Assembly (NCBI GenBank): GCA_964016885.1 | Contig: OZ024741.1 | Span: forward strand, 112,468,001 to 112,532,000 | Reading direction: 5' to 3' | DNA: 64,000 nucleotides | Source of the DNA: Eledone cirrhosa | Taxonomy: Eukaryota | Part shown: positions 22,701-37,729 of the stretch, piece by piece | Position numbering within the stretch: position 1 is the stretch's first letter | How the letters are laid out: every line of letters starts with the position of its first letter | Program-made: the position numbers and the translations under genes | The notes under the pieces: model-generated | Databases searched by the model: none | What the model was told of the DNA's origin: nothing | What the model saw: only the letters and a program-made list of their open reading frames with translations

Positions 22701-25700
22701 GTTTGCCTGATGATTGAATTATGCTGATTTGGCTGGGAAGTTATGTTAAGGGTACACTTGCTTGTGGAATACATAATAACTTACATGCTAGATCATGAGT
22801 AGTATTTTCTCTTGATTGGAAATCTAAACATTCTTTGTTTAAACTGGTGGAAAAATCATTACTAGCTTTTAAGTGGTGGTTACATAGAGATAATGAGTTC
22901 TGAAAACAATTGGTTAACATTAAAATACAACCAACAAGTTCAGAAATGTAGGTGGTTCATCATCATCTAGTTGAGCATTCTCAGATTCATCTGCCTAAAT
23001 CATGCCACATATCACAATCCTGCATAACACCTAAGAGGTCACCATAACAACATCCCAAATCTGTATATTTCTGACCATTGAAAGCCTTTTCTGGGTGTCC
23101 AACACATTCATAGCCATGGTTTTGGTGTTCATAAAGCTATATCATTGAGTTCTTATGTAGCTGTCCAACAAGCATCATCATTTAATGTCCACCTTCCCTG
23201 TTAGCAAGGGTTGGATGGATCTCCAGAGACTGAGTCAATACTCAAATCTCTCAGATGTACCAGGGCCCGAATCTCACTTAAGTTCCCACATTCTACTGAA
23301 TGCTCAGATGGGCAGGGGTCCCACATATCACTTACATAGGCACCAATTCTCTACCAAATACATTTTATTGTGGCACTAGCATGAGGGAAGTGACTATGAC
23401 TTTGATTCAGCTGAAAGACTTTTAACCCTTTGTTTGGAAAATTTTGTAAGGCAATATGGTTTTCCTATCCCCAACCACATTACATAGTGTATTGGCTGCA
23501 TTTATTGTGAACATTACCAAAACTAAGAAGGTTAAATGTCTTTGATACAGCTGATGAGTCTTCCTCATGCTTTATTTGGCAGTGATAGTACGGTTGATGC
23601 CCTTTCTATCATCAGCCACTTTATAGAGTATTATAAAATGCAATGTTGTTTTACTATTAGTTATTTCTTTCTGAAAATAATATTAGAATTCAACTAAAAC
23701 ATGGATTTCATGTTTACATCTCATCTATCTCAGCCAACTAAAGTTCACAACTCATAGAAAGATTTTAATGTATATGGCAGGATTTCAATTCCTGACATTT
23801 TGGGTTAGTATTTCAACACTTTGGCCAGTCATTCCTTCATTCCATCAAAAAGGAGAAAAGGAAAAAAAAATTGTGATGTGCCATATACCACATATCTCTA
23901 CAGACACCCAGCGTAGTTCTTCTTTTCCCCATTAGGAAGAACTGCAGCAGCTCATTGCTTGAAGTGAATGCATAATAAGTAATATCTTTTCCTTTTCATA
24001 ATGTCAAGCTGTAATGACAAGACCAACAACGAAATCAATATTTTGTATCCATTATGCCTCAGTTGGGAAAAATTTGAATATCTAAATATGTAATATCTCA
24101 AATTCTTGAACATTATTCCAATGCGTATGAACAACGTATTCCAATAGTAAAATAACGAGGTAGCTCTCACAAGGCTGTCATAATGTTTTAACATTTATTG
24201 GAATGGATTGTTAATATAGATATTGAATTGAAACACATTTTTCAAAACAACTTTTACAGTTGCCATTTAAAAATTAATGTATAGGTGCAGCCATAGTTTT
24301 GTAGTTAAAGAGTTTACTTTGCAACTATGTAGTTTCAGGTTCACTCCCACAGTGTGGAACCTTAGCTAGATGTCTTCTGCTATAGCCTTAAATTGACCAA
24401 TGCCATGTGAGTCAAATTTGCTTGACAGAAACTGCAGAAGCTTGTTGTGTGCGTATATGTGTCCATGTTTACATTTGTATCTGTATAAGAGTTTCTGTCC
24501 TGTAGCCTAGCAGTTTGACAAAAAGAGATTGATAAAATAAGTACAAGACTTAGAAAGCATAATTAAAAAGTTTGATATGATTGACTAAAATCTCTTCAAG
24601 GTGGTTCCCCAGTATAATGAAAAAAACTAGTAAAAGATGTTTGGTAGTTCTACACAATGCATGAGCTGTTGAATATAGAAAAAAACAACAAAACAACCGC
24701 AACTTACATTTAGCTGTTCTTCAGTAATATTTAATATTTAAAACTGCAGCTCAGTTTCCCAAGGTCTGGTTACGGAGTATTGAAATACTTAGAAAATTAA
24801 CTCAAGGTTAAATTATGTAAATGGCAACATATCCCATTAATTTCACTTAATTGCGTATTCAACATTTAAAAAAATCTACTTCAGAGCTGAATATATTCAA
24901 TACAATAGCTGAGCTTGTATAAGATTTCTGTTCATACTACCTATATGATAAAAAGAAAGAAAAGAAACAGCCAAAAAGAAAAAAAGGTTAGGGAAAATTC
25001 CACACCTTTGGTTGGACACTATATCTTAGCTGCATGCCTTGGTTAAGATAGCCAGTGTTGTCATGGAGAAGAGCCAGCAACACATGCTACATCAGCCATT
25101 TCTGCCTCTTGTGTAATGGCCTCATCTCCATTTGTAGTAAAAAAGACAACAGTACAGTCCAGAAGGAATCAAGGAAACTGAACTAGAAATAAACATACAT
25201 CATAACTTTGTTTCCTCTTCCATATTTTCCTGAATGGGCAGTTGGGGTAGATAACTCAGACATGCCTTCTTGAGTCCTATTTGAAGCAAACATCTCCACT
25301 TGATCGGGATAGTTCCCCAAGTGAGACTGACCAGGATTATGGATCTTATCCAACCATTTTGTTCATGGTTTACCTCTGTGTCTCCTGTGGGTTGGCCTTG
25401 CCTGTAAAATATGATATGTCATTCTGTCCTAAGACATTGCAACCACATAACCATAGCACCAGACCTATGATCTCTGAATACAGAGAGGTAGATCCACCTG
25501 GTGTGACACACTTATGTCTGATCTACAGCCCTATTGAGTATCATTATTCCAGAAACCATTTCAGCTGTTTGTATTCATATTTTATCAGTCACCCATGATT
25601 ATCATTACCCATGATTCCTGATCATAGGTAAAAGTAGGCACTAATATTGAATTGAAGATAAGGAGTTTGGCCCTTACACCTACCTCCCTCTCTTCTTCTG

Positions 25701-28557
25701 GTGACCAAATCCAGAAGCTGAAAAATACTTTGACCTCAGATTCACCTCTAAAAGATGATTTCTTCCAGTATGAATGCTTCACTTCCCACATCACAATGAC
25801 AGTAAATAAATCATTGACTTAAATAGGTCACCTGTAACCTACCACTACTACTATGCTATTTTTAATTGCTGTTGTTTGGATGGCAACAGGTGTATCATCA
25901 CTATATTTAATTCAGATAAATAATGTATACAAACATGTTTAGTACTTATTTCCTATTGCAATTGGTGAACAACAACCTCGTTGGTTACTGGTTTCCCCAC
26001 TGATGGATGAATTATTGGTTACTGTTAAAACATAAATAAGGATATACATGACTGGTTAAGATGACTGGTAATGTCTTTAAGATTATATGTTAGCCTCTTA
26101 GCTGAAAAATCATGGAGTAAGTATATGCATACATATATCATCATCACCATTTATCATTCATTTTTCCATGCTAACATGGAATAGATGATTGTCCTGTTGT
26201 GAGACAAGTCAGATCAGATGACTGTGTCTTTCTCAATCAGAACTGTTTCTGGCTTGGTTTTTATGGCTGGATGCCTTTCCTAATACAAAATACATTTACA
26301 GTATGTAGTGAGTGCTTTTTATAGTGGCACCAAGATGATCACTACAGAGTGTAGGCTAGGTGCTTTTTGGCATAGGGGCAGAGTCCTCAAACATTCCTTC
26401 CTATGAGTCTTGTCAAAGCCAACCATCACCAGTTGATCAGGCTGTATCACCAAATGTGACAAGCCAAGCTCATGGATGTTACCCAACCATCTGGCCAGCT
26501 GGTTTGCTGATAAAATCTGTGAAATTATTCTTTCTTGAGACATTCTAACCGCATGCCTGTAGTATCGGAGCTGTTATCTCTCAATTTGGTGAAGTAGCAG
26601 CTCTACCTGGAGTGACTTCTGATTCCCAAGCTATGCATTCCAAGTTACTCCAATAACCCTCTGGAGTAACTCCATTTCAGCCACTTGTGTTCCTGACCAT
26701 ATTCTTTAGGTCATTAAACCAAGATTCATGACCTTAGTTAAGGGTTGGCATGCATATTGAATACAAATAAAAGCAATCCAGTAAGATTGGGAGAATTAGT
26801 GTTCTTGATGGAATGCATTGCAATATTTCTTTATGGCCCTGTATATTTTGGTTTCAAATACTGCGAAAATTAACTTTGCCTTTCCTCCTTTTAAAGTTGA
26901 TAAAATAAAGTACCCGTCAAATAATGGGGTTTCTTTAATTAATTTTACTCTCCTACTAAATTTACCAGCCATGTACTTAAATTAGAAATCAATATATCCT
27001 TATAAAAATATCTGTAGGATTAGCAGGATCATTGGTGCATTAGATAAAATGTATTGCAGCATTTTTATTGCAGAAGGGGGCGGGGGCTCTACATTCTTAT
27101 TTCAAATTCTGCCAAAGTCAATTTTGCCTTTCACCCTTTGGGTGTCGATAAAATAAAATGCCAATCAAGTACTGGTTTAATTTAATTGACCTCCTCCTGA
27201 CCCCCCAAATTGCTAGCCTTGTACCTAAATCAAAAGCAGTATAATGAGCAATGTAATTTTATGTTGGTCTTTCTCACCCCAATTTAACATCACTTCAAAA
27301 TTATCTGTCATCACTGTAACTGTTAATTTTGCTAATTTATGAAGTGGCAACATTGAAGACTGTAAATTTATCTTAGACTACAATATTTTTTTCGTGTTTT
27401 TTTCTTTAATGACTCTCTTAAATAAATGCATAATCTCCTGTGTGTGTGTGTGTATGTGCCTGTAGGGAGAGAGAGAAAAGGAGAGGGATAATATTTATGT
27501 CAAAGTAATTACAAACTGGTGCTAGGATTTAAAATACACGAGATAAGTTTTAATGAGTAAAAATGTTGTGAATACATATATATAAGCATACACCTACACA
27601 TATGTATGTGTGTGTATATATAACATACATAAAACAAAATAAATGAAAAAAAGAAAAATATACAACAGAAGATAATTGTTGTGACTTGCACTTAAAAACC
27701 AAACACCTAAGTCATTCACAAAGCGTCAGTGTCATTCATAACCATATTGATGTGTGTAAACACACACACACATATACAGAGAGATAATGTATTTTATGTT
27801 AGTTATTCAATTCATTAAGGTGATCGATTTTGGACAGTTGTTAACTCTAGCATTTAAACTAGCCATATCCTACTAGAATTCTCTCAACACTTTCTGTTCA
27901 AACCAGCTGCTCATGCTGATATTAAGGTATTGTTCTCAAAATAAATTATATCAAAATCTCATAGATTTGATATTATGTGAGATAATTATGTAAGATAAAG
28001 TCTTTACCACAAATATACAATAGTTTATATAAAGAGTTAAAGCATTGGATGTTTGTTCCTTGTCTCTGAGTTCTGTGTTCAAATCTTACTCATGAATCAC
28101 TTTGCCTTTCATCGTTATAGCCATCACATCCTGGATGTTCCACTGTATCAAGGGGAAGAAGGCTGTGAGAGTGCTTGTGGCTGAACTACCAAGTTATACT
28201 CAATTACGAGTAAAAGCTGTAGTATTAGTAGTGTTTAACTCATATGTTGAGGAAAGATGAAAGTGGCTGCTTGAGAAGAATAATACAAACAGTCACACAC
28301 ACTCAGATAATATAGTATTTTATTTTAGTTTTTCAACTTGTGACATATTGAGGGTGGAGGATACTAAGAAAAGTGATGGAATTATATGGAAAGATGTATA
28401 GGAAGACCAAAAAGACATTGTTAAAGATGATGGGGGAGGAAATGAATGCCATGGTCTTGTATGGGAGTGGTGGTGTAGGTAATAGGGTAAAAAAGAGAAG
28501 TTTGACATTGGGCCCATATTGGCAAACCCATACTTTAGCAAAGGAAAATTGCCTTAA

Positions 28558-28774
28558 CCCTTTAGCATTTAAGCCGGCTGTATCCGGCCAGAATTCTGTC
28601 AACTTTTTCTGTTCAAACCAGTCATAACCTGCCACTCATACTGATGCTAAGGTATTATTCTCAAAATAAATAACATCAAAATGTCATAGCTTCAATATTA
28701 TGTGAGATATTATGTGAAATAAAGCCTTTACCATGAAAATACAATAGTAAAAATGTAATGTAAATGCTAAAGGG
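28558..28774. mobile_element. piggyBac-type MITE
   Basis: TTAA-CCCTTTAGCATTTA...TAAATGCTAAAGGG-TTAA; sibling at 37076-37296 and a decayed one at about 27841-28020. Confidence 0.85.
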
Positions 28775-30084
28775 TTAACCCTTTCATGACCACATTTCTA
28801 ATGAAATACACTCTATTTCAATTAATTAATGAAGTATTTTGAGGGATTAAATTAGATTATTAATTATTTCATTACTAAGATAGTAATTTAATATAGGGTT
28901 CTCTTATAAAATTATGCTGGAAGATTTTAATTTAAATTGGAAACTTTTAAAATGAGTAGTTTTATTTCATGGAACCAAAGCTGGTTTTGGCCAGCTTGAT
29001 AATGAAAGGGGTAAATTGCTCAGTATAGGGGAGTGGAAAATTGATTGAGTCCTATATTGAGGAAGGATGGAAGAAACTGGGTGGGGTGAGGGGAATAATG
29101 GAAAGTAATGTGGAAGGAAATAGATGAAGAGGAAGAAAGCCAAAAAAGACATGGTTAAAGACAATAGAGAAGGAAATGAAAGCCAAGGTTTTGGTGAGGG
29201 TGTATTGTAGAAGATAAGGAAAATGGAGAGGTTTGTCATGGGGCTCTTCAGCTAGGTAATTTCTGCTTTTACAAGGAAAATAGCCTTAAAACGCCCATTA
29301 TTATGTTGTTCTGTATCATATTCTCTTCTCTATAAGTGTCTGATTATTCTTACTCATGCTGCTGCTTCAATATTTGTTTTCTATATATGATAAATCATAT
29401 CAGAATAAAGGTTAGCCATGTTCAAATTTGCTGAGATAATTAAAATGAGATGTTTTTGTATATTTTTTCTTTTACAAAATTATCAAATTAAGTTAATAAT
29501 GAACTTTGATTTTTCTCAATTAAATATGAATGTATCTAAATAAACTGGAATCAAGAGGAAAATAATCATATATATACAATTATTTAATTTATTTGTTTAT
29601 TTGTATGAATAACATGCCTCAGAATACATAAAGTATCAGAGGAGTGAGAAAATATATTCCAGTAGTTTCGGTGTTTTCTTTGGGTGAAAAGGCTTTCAAA
29701 GCTTCTAAATAAGGCTTGTTGTCATTTAGTGTTGAGTAAATCTCATCCTAATTGTTTGGTTCATATTACCTGGTTGGATTGATGACTATTGGAAGCTGGT
29801 GACTGCTGGTAAATAAGAAAACCACTCATGGCTAATCGTTGCTGTTGAAGACATTTTTGATTTGTGGCTACCAGCAACTAACCAGGAGGCACTTCATTAT
29901 AATGAGCAAAAGTATTCTCCCTTGTTACAGATAGGAATTCTGCAGAACAAAACTTTCTCTATTCTGTCTCCTGGGCCCATGGGGCAGCCTATATGTGGGC
30001 TTCCCCACACTACCCAGGCTCATATCACTAGAGAAGCGATATTAATGGGTTTCACCAAATCAAGTGTTTCCTTGCTTTTATAGC

Positions 30085-30087
30085 TTT

Positions 30088-30158
<71 letters not shown>

Positions 30159-30178
30159 ATACTACTACTACTACTACT
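30085..30178. repeat. (TAC)n microsatellite
   Basis: Directly visible. Confidence 0.95.
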
Positions 30179-30879
30179 TAGACACCAATTATGAAAGAAT
30201 TGATGTATTATGTAAAATCTTGGAATAAATGCCCCAGTAATTAATCTTTGGACTGTATGATTGTAAATTCAACATCTTAAACCCTAAACTACATGCAGGG
30301 TTGGATTATAGCAAGTAAAAGTCCTGGACTAGAGAACATGTTTGGATCCCACCACCTACTCACAAGAAACCTAGTGAAATATTAGCTTACATATTGATTG
30401 GTGCTAACATTCCAGCACCAATCCATAGAAACCTCTAAAACCGAGGGAACACCCAAAGAAATACATTTTGTAATAATTGTAATGTTTTAAATTTTGATAA
30501 AAATGTTATATTTCATACTATATCTTCATATATATTTTAATGGGACAGTGGCTCTGGACTATGAAGCTAAGCCATATGTAAATAAGGTGTTAGCCACACA
30601 CATTCATATACCTTTTCCCATACCTTGTCTCTCTCTCACCCCACTACCATACCATCTGAAACCTTTCTACTGCTTTCTTTACCATTCTAAAAGATTCCTC
30701 CTATCACAGAACAGAACATTATCAATGATTTTCATACTTCTAAATATCAGCTACACCCACCTCCTTCTTTCACCCAAGATCACCAAAATATAATGATCTG
30801 TGTGTATTCCAAACCTTGCCTTACAAATTTCATCCCGCTTTTCCACTAACCATTTCACTATTTTTTAACCAATGCCAGC

Positions 30880-31820
30880 TCCTCTTTCACCATCACTTCT
30901 GCCACACCACCATTATCAAAATCATCACCTACAGTGTTTTTCTCCTTGAATCTTCTGCACCCCTCTAGTCAGTACCACAACTAAGCACCAACACCACCAC
31001 CACTAAGCACCATCATCTACCACCTCCAACACAGCTACAACAGCTGCCACCACCTCAACTACAATTACCAACACTTCCACTATTAAACATCATCATCTCC
31101 AACAGCTGTTACCATCACCCTCACCACTAAAACTATCAATACCATGACCAGTATCAGTACTGGCACCCCACCAGCACCAATACCACATCCAGCATAACTA
31201 AAACTGTTTCTACCATCACCACATACCCTCTACACTGCAATTTCAACTGCCACCGCCACAACTGCAACTATCACCACCATCACCAACACCACAACTACAA
31301 CAATCATCATCACCATTATCACAATCACAACAATCACTATCACTATCACCATCACCAACACCACCACCACAACTACAACAATCCCCACCACCTTCCCACA
31401 TCCATCCTCCTCCTTCTTACCTCATATTCTCAATCACCAGATATACCTTCAAGGGGCATATGTTTTGTTATTTGTTTATTTATCATTTGTTGCAATCAAC
31501 ACACCCGCCACTCTACGCCCCACTCAACACTACTCCACCTTCTACTCAACTTGATCTCCTTCTTATATCACTGTTTATTTTTCATTCTCCAGTACTCCCT
31601 TTCCATCCTCCCTCCATTCTTTATCACCACTACCACTTACACCACCACCCACACCACCAACACCACTACCCAGTACACCCCCACCGCCACCCCTACACCA
31701 GTGCCACCACCTACACCACCATCATGCCACAACAATAAACTCTGCCACCACAACTACCATGCCACAACAATAAACACCACCACCACCATACAACAATAAA
31801 CACCACCATCACCACCACTT
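30880..31820. repeat. Degenerate CAC/CAA/CAT trinucleotide low-complexity tract
   Basis: Directly visible; all frames interrupted by stops. Confidence 0.85.
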
Positions 31821-34800
31821 CATTTCCTGTCCTAAATGCTGCAATTAAATTCCCACAGATTAATTCGGATAATTTTCTCATCATCTTCTTCCGGTTCATC
31901 TTTTACTTTGTCTCTGCTATGGCTGTTGTTGTTGTTCTCTTATTTTTCATTCTATATTTCTTATTCTTATTATTAATGTTTGGCCTTCATAAACCTAATT
32001 TTATGTTTTGTTTTTAATTTTCATTCATCGATTTTACTGAATTTCTATTCTCTATACTTCCTACTTTCTCCTTCTTTTCTTCTTTCCTCTTCTTTTCTTC
32101 TTCCTTTCTCCTTCTTTTCTTCTTTTTCATCTTTTTTTCTTTTTCTTCTTTTCTTTTTCTATTTGTCTTTTTTTATCTCCTTTTAAATCAGCATTTCTTC
32201 TTACTTTCTTTTCATATCTATTTTTTGTGTGGTTGTGGTGGTGGTGGGGGCGTCCTTGATTCTATGATTTTCAAAACTACTTTAACTGTTGAATTTCACT
32301 GATATATATATTTTTTTAGTTAAATTTTGCCCTCTTTCTATCATCCTTTTTCCTTATTATTTTTGATTTTCTGTATCTTTGTTTCTGCCATTTTCCCCAA
32401 ACATCTCTTCTTTCGTTGTTTTTTTTCATTACTTCACATTTTTATTCTTATTTCCGTTCTTCTGTTTAAAATTTATTATTTTTATTATTTGCATGAGGCG
32501 AAATATTTCTGAATATTAATTTTTAACTCTTTATATCTTTCCAAATAAATTCAAATTCCATTTCCCCTATCACCATCACCAACTCTACATTACCATTTCA
32601 CCATTTTATACAAGCAATGAATTGAATGAATTACAACTCATTTACATTTTGTTTATTTCCTTCCAGTTTTGGTAATTTATTTCTTATTTTTTTATTTACA
32701 TATTTTTGAAAATATTTGTCTTTATCAAACTAAAGGTAGAAAGTTAGTATTTGTGTATGGATTTCAGCCAAATTGAGAGAGAATTTTATTACTCATAGTC
32801 TTGGATTGAAATTATAAGTGAAATACAAAAAAAATATTATTCCTTCTTTAATAAGATTATAAAATTCTCAATACACCTCGGAGTCCTGTATACAAGCCAA
32901 ATTAAGATGGATCATATAGTCAGGCTAAACTTTCTAAAGTGGAAGTAGCCAACTAGATAGAATAGACACAGGTTTTTATTTTCATAATACTTATCTTAAC
33001 CTTTTTACATTCTTTTTCTAGTTTTCTATGGCTAAAATGTTTTGATTTTATTACTCATGGGCTTTAGTTGAAATTAGAAGTGAAATGCAATATACTGTAT
33101 ATATATATATATAATTCTGAATAAACCCTAGAGCCTTGTACACAAACCAAATTAAGATGGATCACATAGACAGGTTAAACTTTCTAAAGTGTTAGTAGCC
33201 ATCTAAACAGAGTAGAAATGTGTTGGGGGGGGGGGGGGGGGTTATAATTTTTATTTTTATTTGTTATATATCCATTTTCCATTCTTCCATAGCTAAAATG
33301 ATTTATTTGTCAAGACAACTATTTTTACTGTGAAATGCCTACCACTAACTATTTAGCTAAGAAGTAAAAATGGAACTTGTTTTCTGTTTACTCAGACAAA
33401 ATAGAACAAATATATTAACCACTTTTATTACCATATTTCTAATGAAAAACACTGTCTATGATATTCAAATAATTATCAAAATAATCAAGAACTGTTTGAA
33501 ATAAAGAAGATGCCAGAGAACAATAGACACTGCACACAGGAATGTAAACAACAATGTACATAAAAGAATTAGGAATTTGCTTTGTATAAAATAATCTACA
33601 TGATTATGTGAAGACATAAAAGCCTTATATTAGAATGTGTAATATGTGGGGGATATGAACTTGTGACTTACTTTTCATGAAGAAATGATAAAAGCAAAAA
33701 TGAGTAAATACACAATTGAACTTAGAAAGTGATATTGGGTGGTATCAAAATATTTTCACAAATGGTGCTTGTGCAACTTTGGTCATGGCTGACTATGAGT
33801 TTGCATCTGGAATTTTCTTCTCCAAGACACAAGCTTGGGTAAGATGTTTTGTGGAAGACGAGTAATGTTGATACAACCTGGCACTAATGATATCACAGGC
33901 AAACTCAGAGAGAGGGATGAAAGAGATACTGGAATGCTCTAACAATTTGGCACATCCATATTCACCACCCTGGACTGCTACTTTATTGATTCTAGAAGGA
34001 TAGAAAGCAAAGTTGACTAAAATGGAATTTGACCTCAGCATACAGTGATTTGGAATAAATGTAGAGAAGCTTTTAATCTAACTATCTAATGATTCTACCG
34101 ATTTACCTTATAAAGCTATAATATTAATATACTTGTACGTATGTTATACAGTTAGAAGAAACATTAAATTCAAAACCTGAGTGGGTAGTGTTCATCAAAG
34201 TGAAAGTAGTAATAGTGTGAGGCAGAATGAAAATAGAACTAGCAATAGGTTGAGGCAGATGAAAGAGAAGGCCATTTACTTATAGTAGGTTATGTGATTG
34301 GAGGAAGAAGTAAACAAAAGAATGTTAGTCCAAGGCAAGTGGTAATAGTAAGAAAAGTGCTCAAATGCACACAAAAATGTTAAATTGGTAGCATTATCAG
34401 AAGGAATATTGGTTAATGAGAGTGGTGGGATTATGTTTGAGTGTTTGGGCATTTGTGTGTGTGTGTGTGTGTGTGGTGAGGTCAGTATGAATATTGTTTA
34501 GGTTGCATATTTCTATGTTGTAATTGAAAGTTAACACATTCTGTACTATGCAGTAAAAGTATGCTGTAATATTAACAAATTGAGAGACTTATCTTCCATA
34601 AGTAAAATATTTATTTCATATATATACTAGTTTATTTTTGAGCTGTGGAATTTCCACAGGTCCAGCTACTGTTTATAGATACATATACATATATATACTT
34701 ATGCTCCAATATACCTATACTCCAATGCTCTAATAAATCTGTCATTTTGCCACCTCTCTCTAGAGAAAGAGAGAAGAGAGAGAGAGAGATGTATGTTTGT

Positions 34801-35867
34801 ATATTCATGCTCATATGCATACATACATTTTAATTTAATGTCCTATATGATTCTGGCAATTTATTATATATATATATATATATATATATCATCATCATCG
34901 TTTAACGTCCATTTTCCACGCTAGAATGGGTCTATATATATATATACACAGAAGTAGTTTAATTCAACCCTCTATGACTCTGCAAAAATGCCACCTGAAG
35001 TTCATGAGCATATCACATTGAAAGTATCCAGTATCAATTAATCACCCTAAGTTAATCAATATTGAACCTAATTAGTACTTCGAACCACTTGTTATTATGA
35101 AACCAAGGTGTCGTCAGCATCTATATTTTTTATTGACATTTCATTGTACTTGTAAACATTTAATGACATTAAATTAAAAATTATATTACAAAAAAAAAAG
35201 AAATTCTAAACACCCTAGTGATAGTCAGCATCGACAAAAATCTGTATATAAAGTTTGCAAATATAAACATTTTAGAAACTGTAGTTCTTCCATCCCTCAG
35301 CATCAACCATGTTCATATTTGTGTTGTGAACATTAATGAAACAAAATTATATTAAATTGAATTGAAAGTGTGTGTACGTGAGTATGTTTTTGCACTCAAG
35401 CATATGTCTGTGCATATGCGTCCATGTCAATATAACAAAGTGCATTTGTAATTGTTTGTGTATGCATGTACACTAACATATGCATGTACACTAACATATA
35501 CACATTGTGTATATGTTAGTGTGTTTGTGTGTGAGTGAGTTTGTGTCTGTGTCAATGTTTGTGTATGTGTGTGTGTTTGTGCATTCATGTGCCTCAGTGT
35601 GTTTGCAATGTGTGTGTACAGGTGTGTATAAGTATTTGTGTGCATGCAGGTTTATCTGTGTGCATGTATGTTTATATGTGTGTGTGCTTATGTATATGTC
35701 TGTGTTTATATGTGCATGTGTATTTGGATGCATGCATGTGTTTCTGTGTGTGTATGTGTATGTTTGTATGCTTTTGCCTTCATAATAATATTAAATAAAT
35801 CTCAGGTGTCATTATTTCTCTCAGTCTCAGTATTAACTGCAATTTTCTTTCCTTTCTGCACCATCAG

Positions 35868-35945
35868 GTTGACAAACGATCCTTGGTGACTTCCATGACA
35901 ACCGCTATATGCTTGTTATGGAATTTTTCATTGGAGAATACAAAG
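35868..35945 (+). CDS. Candidate 78-nt exon of unknown host gene
   Basis: Polypyrimidine tract plus CAG acceptor, open frame VDKRSLVTSMTTAICLLWNFSLENTK, weak AAG/GTGGCT donor. Confidence 0.2.
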
Positions 35946-37075
35946 GTGGCTTCTTGTTGCATTTCTTTATGTATTTCTTTACAACATTTTATTGTCTAAA
36001 TAGAAACAAGTTTGCTATACCTGTGTGAGCACACAGAAAGTAAAGAGCTGGAAGAAATATGAAAATCATTTTGTTCAACTCTCTACCAATTCTGCCTCTC
36101 CACTATCCTGGACTAGTAGTTTATTTTGGCAGGATTTGAACAGCGATCATAAAAAATCAGAACAAAGATGAAAATCGTTTTGCTCAATGCTCTTCCAATT
36201 CTGAGAATCTACTTGCATAGAGTGCTACTTTATTTTATTGAACCGAGCTCTAGAAGGATGAAAAGTAAAGCTGACTTGAGTGGGATTTGAATGTAAAGGG
36301 CTAGAAAAGTTGACCTGAGTGGGATTTGAATGTAAAGAGTTAGAACAAATCTTGAAATGTGTTTTGTCGAATGCACTTCTTTCATCTACTAATACCCCAT
36401 TTTAACCCTTTCATTTACTTATTTCTAATGAAAGACATTGCTTATGATTTTCAAATAATTTTGAAAATAATCAGAATTTGGAGAAATTTAATATAAAAAA
36501 TCTTTTTGTTATTAACCTGGTGTTCAGGGCAGTGAATTGACAGTCATTAGAGCATTAGACAGCAGTATTTGTTCTGGTTCTTTATGTTCTAAATTCAAAT
36601 CCTGGTTAGATCAGCTTTGATTTTTATCCTTTCAAGGTTGATAAAATAAAGTATCAGTCAAGTACTGAGGCTGATTTCATTGAATCCCTCCCCCTCCCTG
36701 AATTACTGACCTACTGACTTGTGAAATAGTTATTATGCTGGTGTTTAGAACACAAATTAAGCAATGTTCTTACATAAAATCATAATGGAAGGCTTTTAAA
36801 TAAATATAAAACTTTTTCATAAACAGTTAGTATTGTATAACAAATGGTAATTTCAGGAAGTTTTGTAATAAAAGCATTAGCCCCAGCATGGTCACAGCTT
36901 CTCGACTGGAACACATAATAGAGCAATAGAGTAATGTGATTATAAACTGTAATAATCACATTTTCTTACTGGACATGCTTTCTTATTCCAAAGTCAATAT
37001 TCAAGGAGAATCACAGAATTCTTTCTGCAAATATATTTTCAATTATTTCATTTTAAAATAAAGACATACTATTAA

Positions 37076-37296
37076 CCCTTTAGCATTTACATTACTCTAT
37101 ATATACTCTCATATTTTCATGGTAAAGGCTTTGCCTCACATAATTATCTCACATAATATCGAATCTATGAGATTTTGATATTATTTATTTTGAGAACAAT
37201 ATCTTAACATCAGCATTAGTGGCCAGTTACAGCCAGTTTGAACAGAACGAGTTGAGAGAATTCTGGCCAGATGTGGCCGGTTTAAATGCTAAAGGG
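37076..37296. mobile_element. piggyBac-type MITE, opposite orientation to 28558
   Basis: Same TIRs and TTAA flanks. Confidence 0.85.
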
Positions 37297-37729
37297 TTAA
37301 AATTATAAATTCTTTGAGGGACCCCCTCCCCATATCCTGAATTGAAGCTTACTTATGTGTTAGATTTACTCCATTGGCAAGTTCAACATTACCAACTAGC
37401 CTTTAGGGCTTTTAGAAGAGTCTGATTTATTGCAAATTTCTGGACATATTCCTTCTTCACTTTCTCCTACTAGTCATGAAGGGTAGCAAAGAAGTATAGA
37501 CACTAACCCTTTCTGATGCACTAAATAGCAAAAAATGCAATAAGACATATCCATGTGACATTGATAAATATCTAAATTCATCCTATAATTTTCGAAGACT
37601 TATTATGTACCTTTATACAGGAACATTTAATACACCTGCACGCTGTACTACTACAACTTCCACCATATGTGCATGATATATTTATATCAACAGAAATAGG
37701 CCTGAAAATGTTACTATGAGAGATTTATG

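Noticed and set aside
29770-29805. 36-nt minus-strand micro-exon (QSPASNSHQSNQ)
   Set aside because: Splice signals are plausible but the segment is too short to distinguish from chance without RNA data.
30880-31820. Thr/His-rich mucin-like exon
   Set aside because: Degenerate trinucleotide repeat with stops in all frames and no clear splice sites.
35065-35122. Degenerate minus-strand hammerhead (CUGACGA..GAAGUACUA)
   Set aside because: One A of GAAA is missing and stem I does not pair in register; at best a decayed relic.
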